Below, one piece after another: positions 16,722-26,045 of a stretch of 34,344 bases of DNA (positions are counted from its first letter, which is position 1; every line of letters begins with the position of its first letter). The translations under genes and the position numbers were made by a program. Under the pieces are notes generated by a model. It was not told where the DNA came from, did not search any database, and was given only the letters and a program-made list of their open reading frames with translations. Source of the stretch: a virus (taxonomy: Duplodnaviria; Caudoviricetes). The stretch lies in the IMG/VR virus record IMGVR_UViG_3300027819_000039, positions 1 to 34,344 of that record. The stretch is one strand, 5' to 3'.

Positions 16722-16790
16722 GCCCGGCTCGTGTCGCCTCTTAGCTGGGGCGCGCGGGCTGGGTACGGGCAACTCTCCAGCTAAAGGATA
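16722..16790 (+). promoter_or_regulatory. Candidate pseudoknot over the RBS of the tail assembly chaperone
   Basis: Long stem GCCCGGCTCGTGTCGCC / GGCGCGCGGGCTGGGT. Its loop TTAGCTGG is complementary to CCAGCTAA, which abuts the AAGGA RBS. Confidence 0.55.
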
Positions 16791-16793
16791 GAC

Positions 16794-17201
16794 ATGGACA
16801 TCCGCACTTTTGCAGTCGAAGAAACGAGCACGCTTGAACTGCGCGGCCCGAACGACGAGCCGCTGCTCGGCGATGACAAGAAGCCGATGACGGTAACGGT
16901 CTTCGGCCCGGGCTCAAAGACCTACGCGAAGGCGCAGGCCGCGCGCAACAACCGCATGATCGACAAGCTGAAGAAGAAGGGGAAGACGGACACGAGCGCG
17001 GAAGAGGCGGCGCGAGAGCAGGCGGAATTCCTCGCCGCCTGCACCAAGGAATTCAGCGCCAACATCGAATACGAGCAGTTGAAGGGCGAGGCGCTCTTCC
17101 GTGCCGTCTATGCCGACAACTCGATCGGCTTCGTCGCCGAGCAGGTCGGCCGCCACCTCGGAGAGTGGGGAAATTTCTCGAGGGCTTGCGCGACGAGTTG
17201 A
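16794..17201 (+). CDS. Tail assembly chaperone (gpG-like)
   Basis: Lies between tube and TMP and ends with the slippery WGNF sequence. Confidence 0.85.
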   Translation: MDIRTFAVEETSTLELRGPNDEPLLGDDKKPMTVTVFGPGSKTYAKAQAARNNRMIDKLKKKGKTDTSAEEAAREQAEFLAACTKEFSANIEYEQLKGEALFRAVYADNSIGFVAEQVGRHLGEWGNFSRACATS

Positions 17202-17608
17202 GCCTCTACGTCCGGCAAAGCGCGTGGCTGAACGCCGTGCCGGAGAAGGCTCCGAACGATAAGTCGAAGGAGCCCGGTAAGTCCCGATTGCAGGCCATGC
17301 AGGAGGCCGGTGAGCAGCCCGAACTGCCGCTGATCGAGGCCGAGCATCTGATCGGCTACCTGTACGACGTTGGTCCTACCGTGTCGACGGAGATGGGCCA
17401 GATCGCCCTGCGAAGCGAGCACCTCCTGTCGTGGCAAGCGGAAACCGGGATCGAACTCCAGCCGTGGGAAGCGCGGGTGCTGCGCTCCCTCTCGACAGAC
17501 TATCTCGTGCAGGCGCAGCGGTCCGAGAAGCGCGACTGCCCGCCGCCCTACGGTCCGGCCTGGCGCCGGGCGATGGTGGCGAAGAAGATTGACGAGATTT
17601 TCCCGTAG
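17168..17608 (+). CDS. Tail assembly chaperone -1 frameshift extension (gpGT-like)
   Basis: Slippery G GGA AAT (17168-17174) overlaps A AAT TTC. The -1 frame is open to 17608 with WQAETGIELQPWE. Confidence 0.85.
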   Translation, partial: GKFLEGLRDELSLYVRQSAWLNAVPEKAPNDKSKEPGKSRLQAMQEAGEQPELPLIEAEHLIGYLYDVGPTVSTEMGQIALRSEHLLSWQAETGIELQPWEARVLRSLSTDYLVQAQRSEKRDCPPPYGPAWRRAMVAKKIDEIFP

Positions 17609-17645
17609 GCGCATCGTTTTCGTTTTCGACAACGGAGGCGAGCCA

Positions 17646-17849
17646 ATGCCGGCAATCTACGACGCAATGGGTGGGATATTGCTTCTGCTCGCGATCGGTT
17701 CATGTGCTGTCGCGAAGACCGATCAGCAATCTACGAACGGCATTCTGCTCGTGATTGCCGCTGCAATCTTCATGGTCGGATCGTCGCTTCTAGCGGAGCT
17801 TCGTGAGGCGAAGAAGAGAAGCGAACAACGCGAAAGCGTCACCGAATAA
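17646..17849 (+). CDS. Small two-TM membrane protein (moron; possible superinfection exclusion)
   Basis: GGAGG RBS; two hydrophobic helices; followed by its own terminator. Confidence 0.7.
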   Translation: MPAIYDAMGGILLLLAIGSCAVAKTDQQSTNGILLVIAAAIFMVGSSLLAELREAKKRSEQRESVTE

Positions 17850-17870
17850 CCGCGCAGATTCGAGTACAGC

Positions 17871-17899
17871 AAACCCCGCTTCTGCGGGGTTTTTCATTT
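17871..17899 (+). terminator. Intrinsic terminator
   Basis: AAACCCCGC-ttct-GCGGGGTTT followed by TTCATTT. Confidence 0.85.
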
Positions 17900-17912
17900 C
17901 TGAGAGGTAACC

Positions 17913-20900
17913 ATGATTGCGGGAACGCTCGAAATCCAGATGCTCGCGAACATGGCCCGCTTGCAAGCCGATATGACGCAGGCGAAGAATATGGTCGGCG
18001 GCGCGATGAAGAATATCGAGAGCGCCGTCGCGTCTGCCAAGAGCGCATTGGGTGCCCTGGGCGTCGGTCTGAGCATCGGCTACTTCGCGTCGTTGATAAA
18101 AGGCTCAATCGCTGCAATGGATCATCTGCATGACTTGAGCAAGTCAACAAGCATAACCATTGAGAATCTGTCTGGCCTCAGCCTGCTGGCCAAGCAAACC
18201 GGGACCGATCTCGATGGGCTCGCGAAGGGCATCAATCGGATGTCGGTCGAGATGGGCAAGGACCCGGAGAAATTTCGAGCGCTCGGTGTCACAGCCAAGG
18301 ACAACACCAAGGCGTTCATGCAGCTAGCCGACATTTTCAACAGCCTTACCGACGTTCAGCAGCGCAACGCGTTGGCGCAAGCGATATTCAGCAAGTCGTG
18401 GGCGGAACTCGCCCCTGCGCTGTCAGAGGGTAGCCGCGGGATCGGTGATGCCATCACAAAGGGCAAGACGCTATCCAAGATCACGGAGGAAATGACAAAG
18501 AAAGCCGATGAACTGAACGACAAGTGGGCCGAACTCGTCGGAACTGGCGGAATGCTCAACAGCATCGTCGGGAAGATGCTGGACCCGCTGCTCAGTATCA
18601 CGAACCAGATGATTGCCGCTCGGGACGGAGCCTCCGGATTCATCGACATGCTGCGTCGATTCTTCAGCATCGGCGGGGATCAGTCGGGGAATCCTGAAAA
18701 GGCGCTCGGCGATGTAATCGAGAAGCTAAATAAGCTTCGTAAGACAGAAGAAGAGTTCGCGAAAATGGGTTTGCTCAAGCGAATATTTTCTGCAGACGAC
18801 ATCGCGCTCGTACGCACGCAAATCGAGGCGCTGGAGCGGCAAAAGTCGATGTTGGAAGGGCTGCTCGGTGCGCCATTCCCGAAACCGGAACCGCCATCGG
18901 CAGCGGACTCTGCCGCGGCTGCAGCCAGAGCCAAAGCATTTCTAGACACGGAAAAGAATGCCGCGGCTGCGAGGGCGGAAGAAAAGCTATACACCACTGC
19001 TCTACAGGCGCTTGAGCAAGAGCTCGGCAAACTGAACGAGCAAACGCAGGTCGAGAAGACGGCCTATCAGGAAACGAAGGGATCGCTGCAGAAGCTTACG
19101 GAGGAGCACAAGAAACATCTGCTCGTCGTCGCGCGCGATGTCGATCTAAAGCAACAACTCATTACCATCGGCAAGGCCGCGCTCGAATACGCGAAGGCCT
19201 ACGTCGCCGAACAGGAGCGGCAGGACGCGGCGGTCGCCAACTTCAACCAGACGCAGAGCCAATCCCTGAAGGACATCGAGTTCGAGACGAAGCTGCTGCG
19301 GGACGAGGCGCCGCTCGTCGCCAGCGGCCTGCTCATGAAAGAAGACGAGATCAAGCTCGTCAGCAGGCTGAGTCTTGAGCGCGAGACAGCGACGGAACTC
19401 CGCAAGATCGATCTCGATCTGGAAAAAGCCCTGCTAGCGCTGGGGCCGCAAACGAATGCCGGATACGAGGAGGCAGCAAAGACACTACGCGACCTGGCCG
19501 CGGCTCAGAAGGAAGCGCTGCCTGACGTGCTCGCAGCACGCGCGAATGCGAAGCTCATCAACGATCTGAACAAGAACTCCATCGACGAATTCAAGAATAT
19601 GTGGAGCATCGTCGAGAGCACCGGCAAGGATGCCTTTGTCCAGCTCATGAGCCATGGCACGAGCGCATTCAAATCGATCGGCCAGGCGCTGAAGACCGCG
19701 GTGATCGATCTCCTCTATCAGCTCACCGTCCGCAAGTGGATTATCAACATCGGCACCAACGTCGCCGGATCGCTCGGCGTCCCGATGGCCGCGAATGTCG
19801 CCGGCTCCTCGCTCGGCCTGATGGGAAATGGCGCGAGCATGCTCGGAACCTTCGGGAGTGCAGGCGCCTACGCGAGCGGTTATGCCACAACCGCCTTCGC
19901 GAGCGAGGCCACGTCGGCCGCGTTGATCGAGTCAGGCACAGCCGGAGTCGCCGGGGCAGGTATGGAAGCCGGCGCCCTCGCCGGAATGGGTCCCGTCGGC
20001 TGGGCCGCGCTTGCGGCGCTCGCTGCATACGAACTGTTCGGCCAGGGTGAGGGCGATGCCCAGCGCACCGGCAACTGGGCCGGGCGCCTGGGAGGCATGA
20101 CTGGCCCCTCGAACGACCGCTGGTTCAGCGCCGACATGCAGCCGGCACAGACGGCGTTCGCGCAACAACTGGCCGCGAGCGAGCAGTCCATCATCAGCCT
20201 CCTCAAGCTGAGCGATCGGCAGATTTCCTCGATCAACGATGCCATGGCCGCGCACACCGGCCCCTACGGCTTCGGCATGGAGCACACGCCCGTCGAGCAA
20301 TCCGGCGCCTTCCAGGCTATCGCGGCGGATCGGCTGCAAGCGGTCGCTCAGACGCTCGGCCTCACGATCGAGCAGTTGACGCAGCAGCTCGCCGACGCGC
20401 AGAAGGCGATCGACCTCGCCCCGCAGCGCCGGCAGATGGAAATCGCGCTGATGGAAGCCCAGGGCGATGCTGCCGGCGCCCTGGCCGCCAAGCGCGCGGA
20501 CGAACTCGCGGCGATGGATGCTACCTTGCGGCCGCTGCAGCAGCAAATCTACGCGGCGCAGGATCAGGCGAAGGCCGCCGATGCTCTCGTCGCCGCTCAG
20601 GAGGCCGCTGCGCAGGCCATGGCTGGCGCCAGGGACGCGATGCGGGCGACGCAGGACTACTACGTCCAGCAGGCGAAAGACGCAGCCGCGGCCATGGAGG
20701 ATGCCCGGGGCGCGGTCTGGGCAGCCTTCGACCGCGAGGCGCAGCGGGTCTCCCAGTTGCAGGCCGATCTGCAGACCCAACGCCAGGCGATCTGGCAGGC
20801 CTACGACACCGAAGCCGGGAAGCTGAAGACTCTGGGCGACGCGATGCGCGGGTTCGGCGCGTCCCTGCGGGAGGCCGCCCTGCACATGCAGACCGGTGCC

Positions 20901-21932
20901 GGCGCCCCGAACGCCTTCGGTGCGGCGCAGTCCCAATTCCGTGACCTCTACCGCCGTGCCAAGCTCGGGGATCAGACCGCACTCGGCCAGCTCGGGGCTG
21001 CCGGGCAGACCTATTTCGGGCTGGCCGAATCCGTCGCGGTGACACACGAGGATGTCCTACGCATCTTCGCCGAGGTGCAGAACGCCTTGACCGATTCCGC
21101 AGCGGTCGCCGACCGCAATGCGAATGTGGCCGATCAGCAGCTCGCAGCCCTGCAGGCCCAGGTTGAGGCCGTCGTCGGCACGCGGGAAACAGCGCAATCG
21201 ATCGAGGCCATGCTCGCTGACTTCGCCACCGCGAAGCAGGCCGCGGATGCCGCATCGGCGCAGCTCGAAATCTCCCGGGTGCAGGTCGAGCACCTGGTCG
21301 GCATCAGGGCAGGCGTGCAGAGCCTCGCCGACGCCATCGCGGCGTTTATCGCAGCGCAAGGCGCCTCACGCGCGGCCAATGCCGCAGTCCCGAGGATGAC
21401 CCCCGGCGGGCAGCAGATCATCTCGAACGGGGTATCGACCCTCGCCCTGGATCCGGCCACGGCAAGCGGCGGCTGGCTGCATACCCCGTCGGGGAGCTGG
21501 AGCGTGCAGGAACTGCGCCAAATGGCGAGCGGCTTCGCCGGTGCGGGCGGCAACCTCGTTGACGCCTACAACACGTGGCGGTCGGCCGGCGGATCGTTGC
21601 AGCAACTCGACGCCGCGCTCGGCTGGGCGCCGGATACCGCGGAGAGCTGGGCCCGCGCGAACGGATTGCCGGTAAACGAGCTTCCGGCCTACAGAAGCGG
21701 TACCGGCTTCGTTCCCGAGACAGGCCCCGCGCTCTTGCATCGCGGCGAGCGGGTGACCTCCGCGCCTGCGAACGACGAACTGGTCGCCGAGATTCGAGCG
21801 CTGCGAGAAGAGGTTTCCGCCCTGCGCGAGACGAGCGAGAAAACCGAAACGCACACCCGCAAGACGGCCAATCTGACCGAAGCCGTCACGCAAGGCCAGC
21901 TCACTTTCATCGTCGCGACCGCCGCGGCGTAG
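17913..21932 (+). CDS. Tape measure protein
   Basis: 1339 aa, Ala-rich and helical; follows the chaperones; C-terminal PAYRSGTGFVPETGPALLHRGERV. Confidence 0.95.
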   Translation: MIAGTLEIQMLANMARLQADMTQAKNMVGGAMKNIESAVASAKSALGALGVGLSIGYFASLIKGSIAAMDHLHDLSKSTSITIENLSGLSLLAKQTGTDLDGLAKGINRMSVEMGKDPEKFRALGVTAKDNTKAFMQLADIFNSLTDVQQRNALAQAIFSKSWAELAPALSEGSRGIGDAITKGKTLSKITEEMTKKADELNDKWAELVGTGGMLNSIVGKMLDPLLSITNQMIAARDGASGFIDMLRRFFSIGGDQSGNPEKALGDVIEKLNKLRKTEEEFAKMGLLKRIFSADDIALVRTQIEALERQKSMLEGLLGAPFPKPEPPSAADSAAAAARAKAFLDTEKNAAAARAEEKLYTTALQALEQELGKLNEQTQVEKTAYQETKGSLQKLTEEHKKHLLVVARDVDLKQQLITIGKAALEYAKAYVAEQERQDAAVANFNQTQSQSLKDIEFETKLLRDEAPLVASGLLMKEDEIKLVSRLSLERETATELRKIDLDLEKALLALGPQTNAGYEEAAKTLRDLAAAQKEALPDVLAARANAKLINDLNKNSIDEFKNMWSIVESTGKDAFVQLMSHGTSAFKSIGQALKTAVIDLLYQLTVRKWIINIGTNVAGSLGVPMAANVAGSSLGLMGNGASMLGTFGSAGAYASGYATTAFASEATSAALIESGTAGVAGAGMEAGALAGMGPVGWAALAALAAYELFGQGEGDAQRTGNWAGRLGGMTGPSNDRWFSADMQPAQTAFAQQLAASEQSIISLLKLSDRQISSINDAMAAHTGPYGFGMEHTPVEQSGAFQAIAADRLQAVAQTLGLTIEQLTQQLADAQKAIDLAPQRRQMEIALMEAQGDAAGALAAKRADELAAMDATLRPLQQQIYAAQDQAKAADALVAAQEAAAQAMAGARDAMRATQDYYVQQAKDAAAAMEDARGAVWAAFDREAQRVSQLQADLQTQRQAIWQAYDTEAGKLKTLGDAMRGFGASLREAALHMQTGAGAPNAFGAAQSQFRDLYRRAKLGDQTALGQLGAAGQTYFGLAESVAVTHEDVLRIFAEVQNALTDSAAVADRNANVADQQLAALQAQVEAVVGTRETAQSIEAMLADFATAKQAADAASAQLEISRVQVEHLVGIRAGVQSLADAIAAFIAAQGASRAANAAVPRMTPGGQQIISNGVSTLALDPATASGGWLHTPSGSWSVQELRQMASGFAGAGGNLVDAYNTWRSAGGSLQQLDAALGWAPDTAESWARANGLPVNELPAYRSGTGFVPETGPALLHRGERVTSAPANDELVAEIRALREEVSALRETSEKTETHTRKTANLTEAVTQGQLTFIVATAAA

Positions 21933-21938
21933 CGCGAC

Positions 21939-22862
21939 ATGAACGTGATTCCCGCGCTCGCGATCACGGACGCGATGCTGACCTATAGCTCCGTCTCGGA
22001 ACCGGATGCGGGATCGCCGAGCACCGAGCCGATCTACGACGCTGGCGTGAGCTACGCACTTGCTGCCGTCGTGATCAGCACGACAACGCATCGGAAGTAC
22101 GAATCTCTGGCCGCAGCAAACCTGGGCAACGCGCTCACCAATACCACGAAGTGGCTCGACATCGGCCCGACGAACAAGTGGGCGATGTTCGATATCCTGC
22201 GGAACACGCAGACCATCGCGCCGTCACCGATCGTCGTGACGATCGTCCCTGGCGAGCGCATCAACTCGATCGCCGTGCTCGGGCTGGACGCGACGAGCGT
22301 CACCGTGATGATGACGGGGCCTGGCTCGCCTGCCCCACTCTATTACACGCACACCGAGGACCTCAACACCCGCGAGGTGCTGAACTGGTACGACTATTTT
22401 TTCGAACCGTTCAGCACGCGACCGGCATTCGCGCTTTTCGATCTGCCGCCGTATTCCAACGGGATCATCACCGTCACGATTACGAACACGGTCGGCGACG
22501 CAAAATGCGGTGCCATCGCGATCGGCACGTTTCAGTACATCGGCGAGGCGCAGCAGGAAGCCGAATCCGAGGAATTGAACTTCTCGACCATCACGCGCGA
22601 GACGACCGGAGAAGCGGTGCTCGTGCAGCGCCGCAGTCTGCCTAAAAGCACGCAGCGCGTGCTCTGCGACAAGTCCCTCGTCAACCAGGTGCGCGAACTG
22701 CGAACGGCCTTGAACGCGACGCCTGCGGTGTGGTCCGCACTCGACGATCAATCGACGCATGAATTCTTCGATGCCCTGCTGATCCTGGGCATCTACCGGC
22801 AATTCCGGATAACGCTCGCCGATCCGACCTGCACGATCAATTTGGAAGTCGAGGAAATCTGA
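21939..22862 (+). CDS. Distal tail / tail-tip structural protein
   Basis: First gene after TMP; beta-rich; WLDIGPTNKWAMFD and WYDYFFEP; ends INLEVEEI. Confidence 0.75.
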   Translation: MNVIPALAITDAMLTYSSVSEPDAGSPSTEPIYDAGVSYALAAVVISTTTHRKYESLAAANLGNALTNTTKWLDIGPTNKWAMFDILRNTQTIAPSPIVVTIVPGERINSIAVLGLDATSVTVMMTGPGSPAPLYYTHTEDLNTREVLNWYDYFFEPFSTRPAFALFDLPPYSNGIITVTITNTVGDAKCGAIAIGTFQYIGEAQQEAESEELNFSTITRETTGEAVLVQRRSLPKSTQRVLCDKSLVNQVRELRTALNATPAVWSALDDQSTHEFFDALLILGIYRQFRITLADPTCTINLEVEEI

Positions 22863-23956
22863 TGACTATCGACGCACTGCCACAAGCCCCTTCGACGTCC
22901 GACCCGACGAATTTTGCGACGGAGGCCGATGCGTTCATTGCCGCGCTGCCGACATTTCGAACGCAGCTCAACACGACGGCGGCAGGGATCAACGCGAGCG
23001 CCGCCGGCGGCGGTGTCACGATCCCCTACACCTTCAGCGCGACGATCACCGACGCCGATCCTGGCAACGGTTACCTGCGGCTATCCAGCGCCACGCAGAA
23101 CGCCTCGACGACGCTGCGTCTTGACCTCCTCGATGCGGCCGCGGTGGACCGCACGGCGACGCTCGCGACGTTCGACGATTCCACGAGCACGGTCAAGGGC
23201 CAAGTCCGCGTTCAGAAGGTCGGGGACGGTTCGAAATGGCTGCTCTTCGATCTCACCGCGATGTCCGCGCCGGGCTCCCCCGATCCGGGCTACCGCAACT
23301 TCACGATTGCGAATGTCGATTCGAGCGCCGCAAGCCCCTTCATCGAGGGCGACGATATCCTCGTCATGTTCACGCGCACCGGCGACAAGGGTGACACCGG
23401 CGCGACCGGCGCGACTGGCGCGGCCGGGAATGCGCTGGTCCTCCTCTCGACGGTCACGGCGAACAACTCGGCGACCGTCGATGTCGAGACCACGCTCGAT
23501 GCCACCTACGACGCCTATCTCCTGATCGCGACCGGAGTCACGATCGCGAACGATAGCGAATCCCTGCGCTGCCAGTTGAAGATCGGCGGGGCCTATCTCG
23601 CCACGTCGACCTATTTCTACCACGCCTCCGTGCCGAATTCATCGGCAGCGACCTATTCCGGTGTGAACGCGGCATTGGCCGGCATGGAAGCGTCGATCCG
23701 CATATCCGGCGCGATCGGCAGCGCGGCCGGCGAGCACATCAACATCGAGGTGAAGATTTCCAATCCTGCCGGGACGACGCTATCGAAAACGATCCGCTGG
23801 AGCGGCGAGGCGATCAACAATTCCGGCGAAATTTACCCGATCACGGGTGCGGGAGGCAATGGCGGCACCGCGGCGCTCACCGGGCTGCGGTTCTTCGCCT
23901 CGCTCGGCAACATTCTGTCCGGGGACTTCCGGCTGTACGGCTACAAGAGGGTTTGA
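22862..23956 (+). CDS. Tail fibre / receptor-binding protein
   Basis: N-terminal ALPQAPSTSDPTNF; short collagen-like GDKGDTGATGATGAAG; C-terminal GLRFF...SGDFRLYG. Confidence 0.8.
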   Translation: MTIDALPQAPSTSDPTNFATEADAFIAALPTFRTQLNTTAAGINASAAGGGVTIPYTFSATITDADPGNGYLRLSSATQNASTTLRLDLLDAAAVDRTATLATFDDSTSTVKGQVRVQKVGDGSKWLLFDLTAMSAPGSPDPGYRNFTIANVDSSAASPFIEGDDILVMFTRTGDKGDTGATGATGAAGNALVLLSTVTANNSATVDVETTLDATYDAYLLIATGVTIANDSESLRCQLKIGGAYLATSTYFYHASVPNSSAATYSGVNAALAGMEASIRISGAIGSAAGEHINIEVKISNPAGTTLSKTIRWSGEAINNSGEIYPITGAGGNGGTAALTGLRFFASLGNILSGDFRLYGYKRV

Positions 23957-23965
23957 GGCGGCGGC

Positions 23966-24202
23966 GTGGCGATCCATTATCACGCGACGGCGGAGGGGAA
24001 CATCCCCTTCACGGCGGAAGAAGAGGCGGCCTTGCAGACGGCAGAAGCCGCGAGCGTGCAGGCAGCGGCGCAGACTGCTGCGGCCGTGCAGGCGCGTGCG
24101 GACATTCTCCTGCATGCCGACCAGCTCGAGGCGAGCGGTGATGAGCTCGGCGCCATGAAACTGCGGCTATCACTCATGCCGGGATGGCCGCCCGGTCCCT
24201 GA
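23966..24202 (+). CDS. Small fibre-associated protein
   Basis: GAGG RBS and GTG start; IPFTAEEEA is typical of post-fibre genes. Confidence 0.65.
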   Translation: MAIHYHATAEGNIPFTAEEEAALQTAEAASVQAAAQTAAAVQARADILLHADQLEASGDELGAMKLRLSLMPGWPPGP

Positions 24203-25040
24203 CTTGCGGGCGGACTTGCACCATGGCGTTGGCGAACTGGTCCATCCCGAAGGGCGGGCCGAGGTTGCGGCCGTTGCGCGCGTCGACGAGCAGGACCGAC
24301 CAGCCGAGCACGGAATAGCGCCCCGCCCGGGCCGGATCGAGAAAGAATTCGACGGCATGGCGCCTGCCATCGATGAAGATGGCGGCATCGGGCCGCAAGG
24401 TCGCCTCGAGATGAGCGACGTTCTCGGCGCCGCAGAAGACGGCCCCCTCGGGCGCGCCATCGATGTAGATCATGTCGGGCCGCTCGATTGGGCGCTCGGC
24501 GAAGCAAACCGTCGCACGGCCGTCGAGATCGCAGGATGTGCCGGCGGAATAGACGACCTCGCAGAAGCCGCGCAGATCGCCCGGAATCGCCGCGCGCGTG
24601 GCCTCGGCCCAGGCCTGCGAAGGTTCGAGCGAGACCAGGCGCCCGCGGCCGTTCTGATGCAGCGCATGGGCCATCACGACGGTCGAGACGCCGCTGCCGT
24701 ATTCGAGCACACTCTCGGGCCGCGTCGAGCGGATGTGCAGGTATAGCAGCGCCAGATCGATGAAATCGGGCCGATAGGAATATCTCGGCCGCGCCGCGCG
24801 GAACTCTGCGATTCGAGCCACGGCCCCGGATTCAACCAGGTAGGCGTGCGCATCAATCTGCGTCAAACGGTCCTGCTGGATCACCGCCGAGCACAGATCC
24901 TGCAGCGCCTGGGCATGCGCCGGATCGGCTGGATCGACGTGTAACGTGTATTGCCGGAAGCTCGTTTTCGTGACCGCGAAGGGAAGCCGCTCCTCTTCCA
25001 GGATCGGCACTCGCGCGAAGCGTTTGAAGTCGAAGTCCAC
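24174..25040 (-). CDS. Class I SAM-dependent methyltransferase (Methyltransf_24-like), antisense moron
   Basis: Motifs RPESVLEYGSGVST, GRLVSLE, DMIYIDG and IFIDG. Confidence 0.8.
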   Translation of the reverse strand: MDFDFKRFARVPILEEERLPFAVTKTSFRQYTLHVDPADPAHAQALQDLCSAVIQQDRLTQIDAHAYLVESGAVARIAEFRAARPRYSYRPDFIDLALLYLHIRSTRPESVLEYGSGVSTVVMAHALHQNGRGRLVSLEPSQAWAEATRAAIPGDLRGFCEVVYSAGTSCDLDGRATVCFAERPIERPDMIYIDGAPEGAVFCGAENVAHLEATLRPDAAIFIDGRRHAVEFFLDPARAGRYSVLGWSVLLVDARNGRNLGPPFGMDQFANAMVQVRPQVRDRAAIPA

Positions 25041-25067
25041 CTTGCAAGTCCGTTGTACGCCTTGAGG

Positions 25068-25177
25068 AAGGGCGACCGGAGCGGTTGCAGCCGCCCCGGC
25101 CCCTTAACCCACAGAACACACCTGTGAGCCAGGACTAGGCCCTCCCGCCCCGTACGGAGCCGGGAAAGCCTATCACG
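25068..25177 (+). ncRNA. Candidate multi-hairpin structured RNA upstream of the lysis module
   Basis: Stems AAGGG..CCGGaGCGGT-tgca-GCCGCcCCGG.CCCTT, CACAG/CTGTG, GCC/GGC and TCCCG/CGGGA. Confidence 0.45.
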
Positions 25178-25210
25178 CACCGTCCTCGCTCGCTTTTCCG
25201 GGAGCAAGGA

Positions 25211-25534
25211 ATGTCCGAAACGCCCTTCGAGGAAGTCGACCGCATCGAACGCCGCAGGTCAGAAGGCTCCCGGGTGCAGGTCTGGCACCTGATCGCCTCG
25301 GTGCTCGGGATCGTCCTCGCGCTGCTCCTACAGACTGGGACGGCCGTCTGGTGGGCGGCGACCATATCGAGCGACGTGCGCAACGAAAAGCTAGCGCGCG
25401 CCGCGGACAAACGGACACAGAAGGAAATAGACTCGCGCCAGGACGATGATGCGAGGCGCTCAGAGGACAGGAGGCTTGCCGAGGTGAAAGAGATCAACTC
25501 GAAACTGGACTGGCTGATAAAGAATCGGCGATGA
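25211..25534 (+). CDS. Membrane-anchored coiled-coil protein (lysis-module, holin-like)
   Basis: One TM segment and a charged C-terminus; AAGGA RBS-like sequence. Confidence 0.65.
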   Translation: MSETPFEEVDRIERRRSEGSRVQVWHLIASVLGIVLALLLQTGTAVWWAATISSDVRNEKLARAADKRTQKEIDSRQDDDARRSEDRRLAEVKEINSKLDWLIKNRR

Positions 25535-25878
25535 GCGAAGTCTCCCTGAAGGAATATCTCGAAGCGCAAATCAAGTGGCTCGATCGTCATTTCGACGGGC
25601 AGATACGAGCGATCGACATCAGCACCGCGAAGGCCGCGGCCCAGATCGACAAGCGTCTGGAGGGCATGAACGAGTTTCGCGATTCGCTGCGCGACCAGGC
25701 CGCGCGATTCGAGACGAAAGAAGGTTCGGACCTGAAACTGCGGCCGATCTACGACAGACTCGAAACGCTCGCCCAGGCGCGGGCATTCGCCGACGGAAAG
25801 ACCATGGTGATCAGCGGACTCGTCGCGTTCGGCGCGAGCGTTCTGGTCACCGTCCTTGCTCACTGGATAGTCAAATGA
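25531..25878 (+). CDS. Coiled-coil protein with C-terminal TM
   Basis: ATGA overlaps at both ends; C-terminal VISGLVAFGASVLVTVL. Confidence 0.7.
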   Translation: MSEVSLKEYLEAQIKWLDRHFDGQIRAIDISTAKAAAQIDKRLEGMNEFRDSLRDQAARFETKEGSDLKLRPIYDRLETLAQARAFADGKTMVISGLVAFGASVLVTVLAHWIVK

Positions 25879-26045
25879 CCCCCGAATTCCTGATCGAGCG
25901 CGCCCTGATCCTCAGCGCCGGCCTGGCGCTGCTCGCCGCCTGCGCCGCGCCGATCGAGCGGCCCATCGAAGGTCCGGCCGTGCAGCCGCCGGCGGGCTGG
26001 GCCGCCTACTGCGCGCGCCATCCGGAGCGCGAGGAATGCCGATGA
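25875..26045 (+). CDS. Small lipoprotein resembling the N-terminal part of BTLCP peptidases
   Basis: Lipobox LAAC; PPAGWAAYCARHPEREEC. Confidence 0.65.
   Translation: MTPEFLIERALILSAGLALLAACAAPIERPIEGPAVQPPAGWAAYCARHPEREECR

Noticed and set aside
17168-17177. Tail chaperone -1 frameshift as a novelty
   Set aside because: It is real but is the well-known conserved gpG/gpGT mechanism, so it is listed as a feature only.
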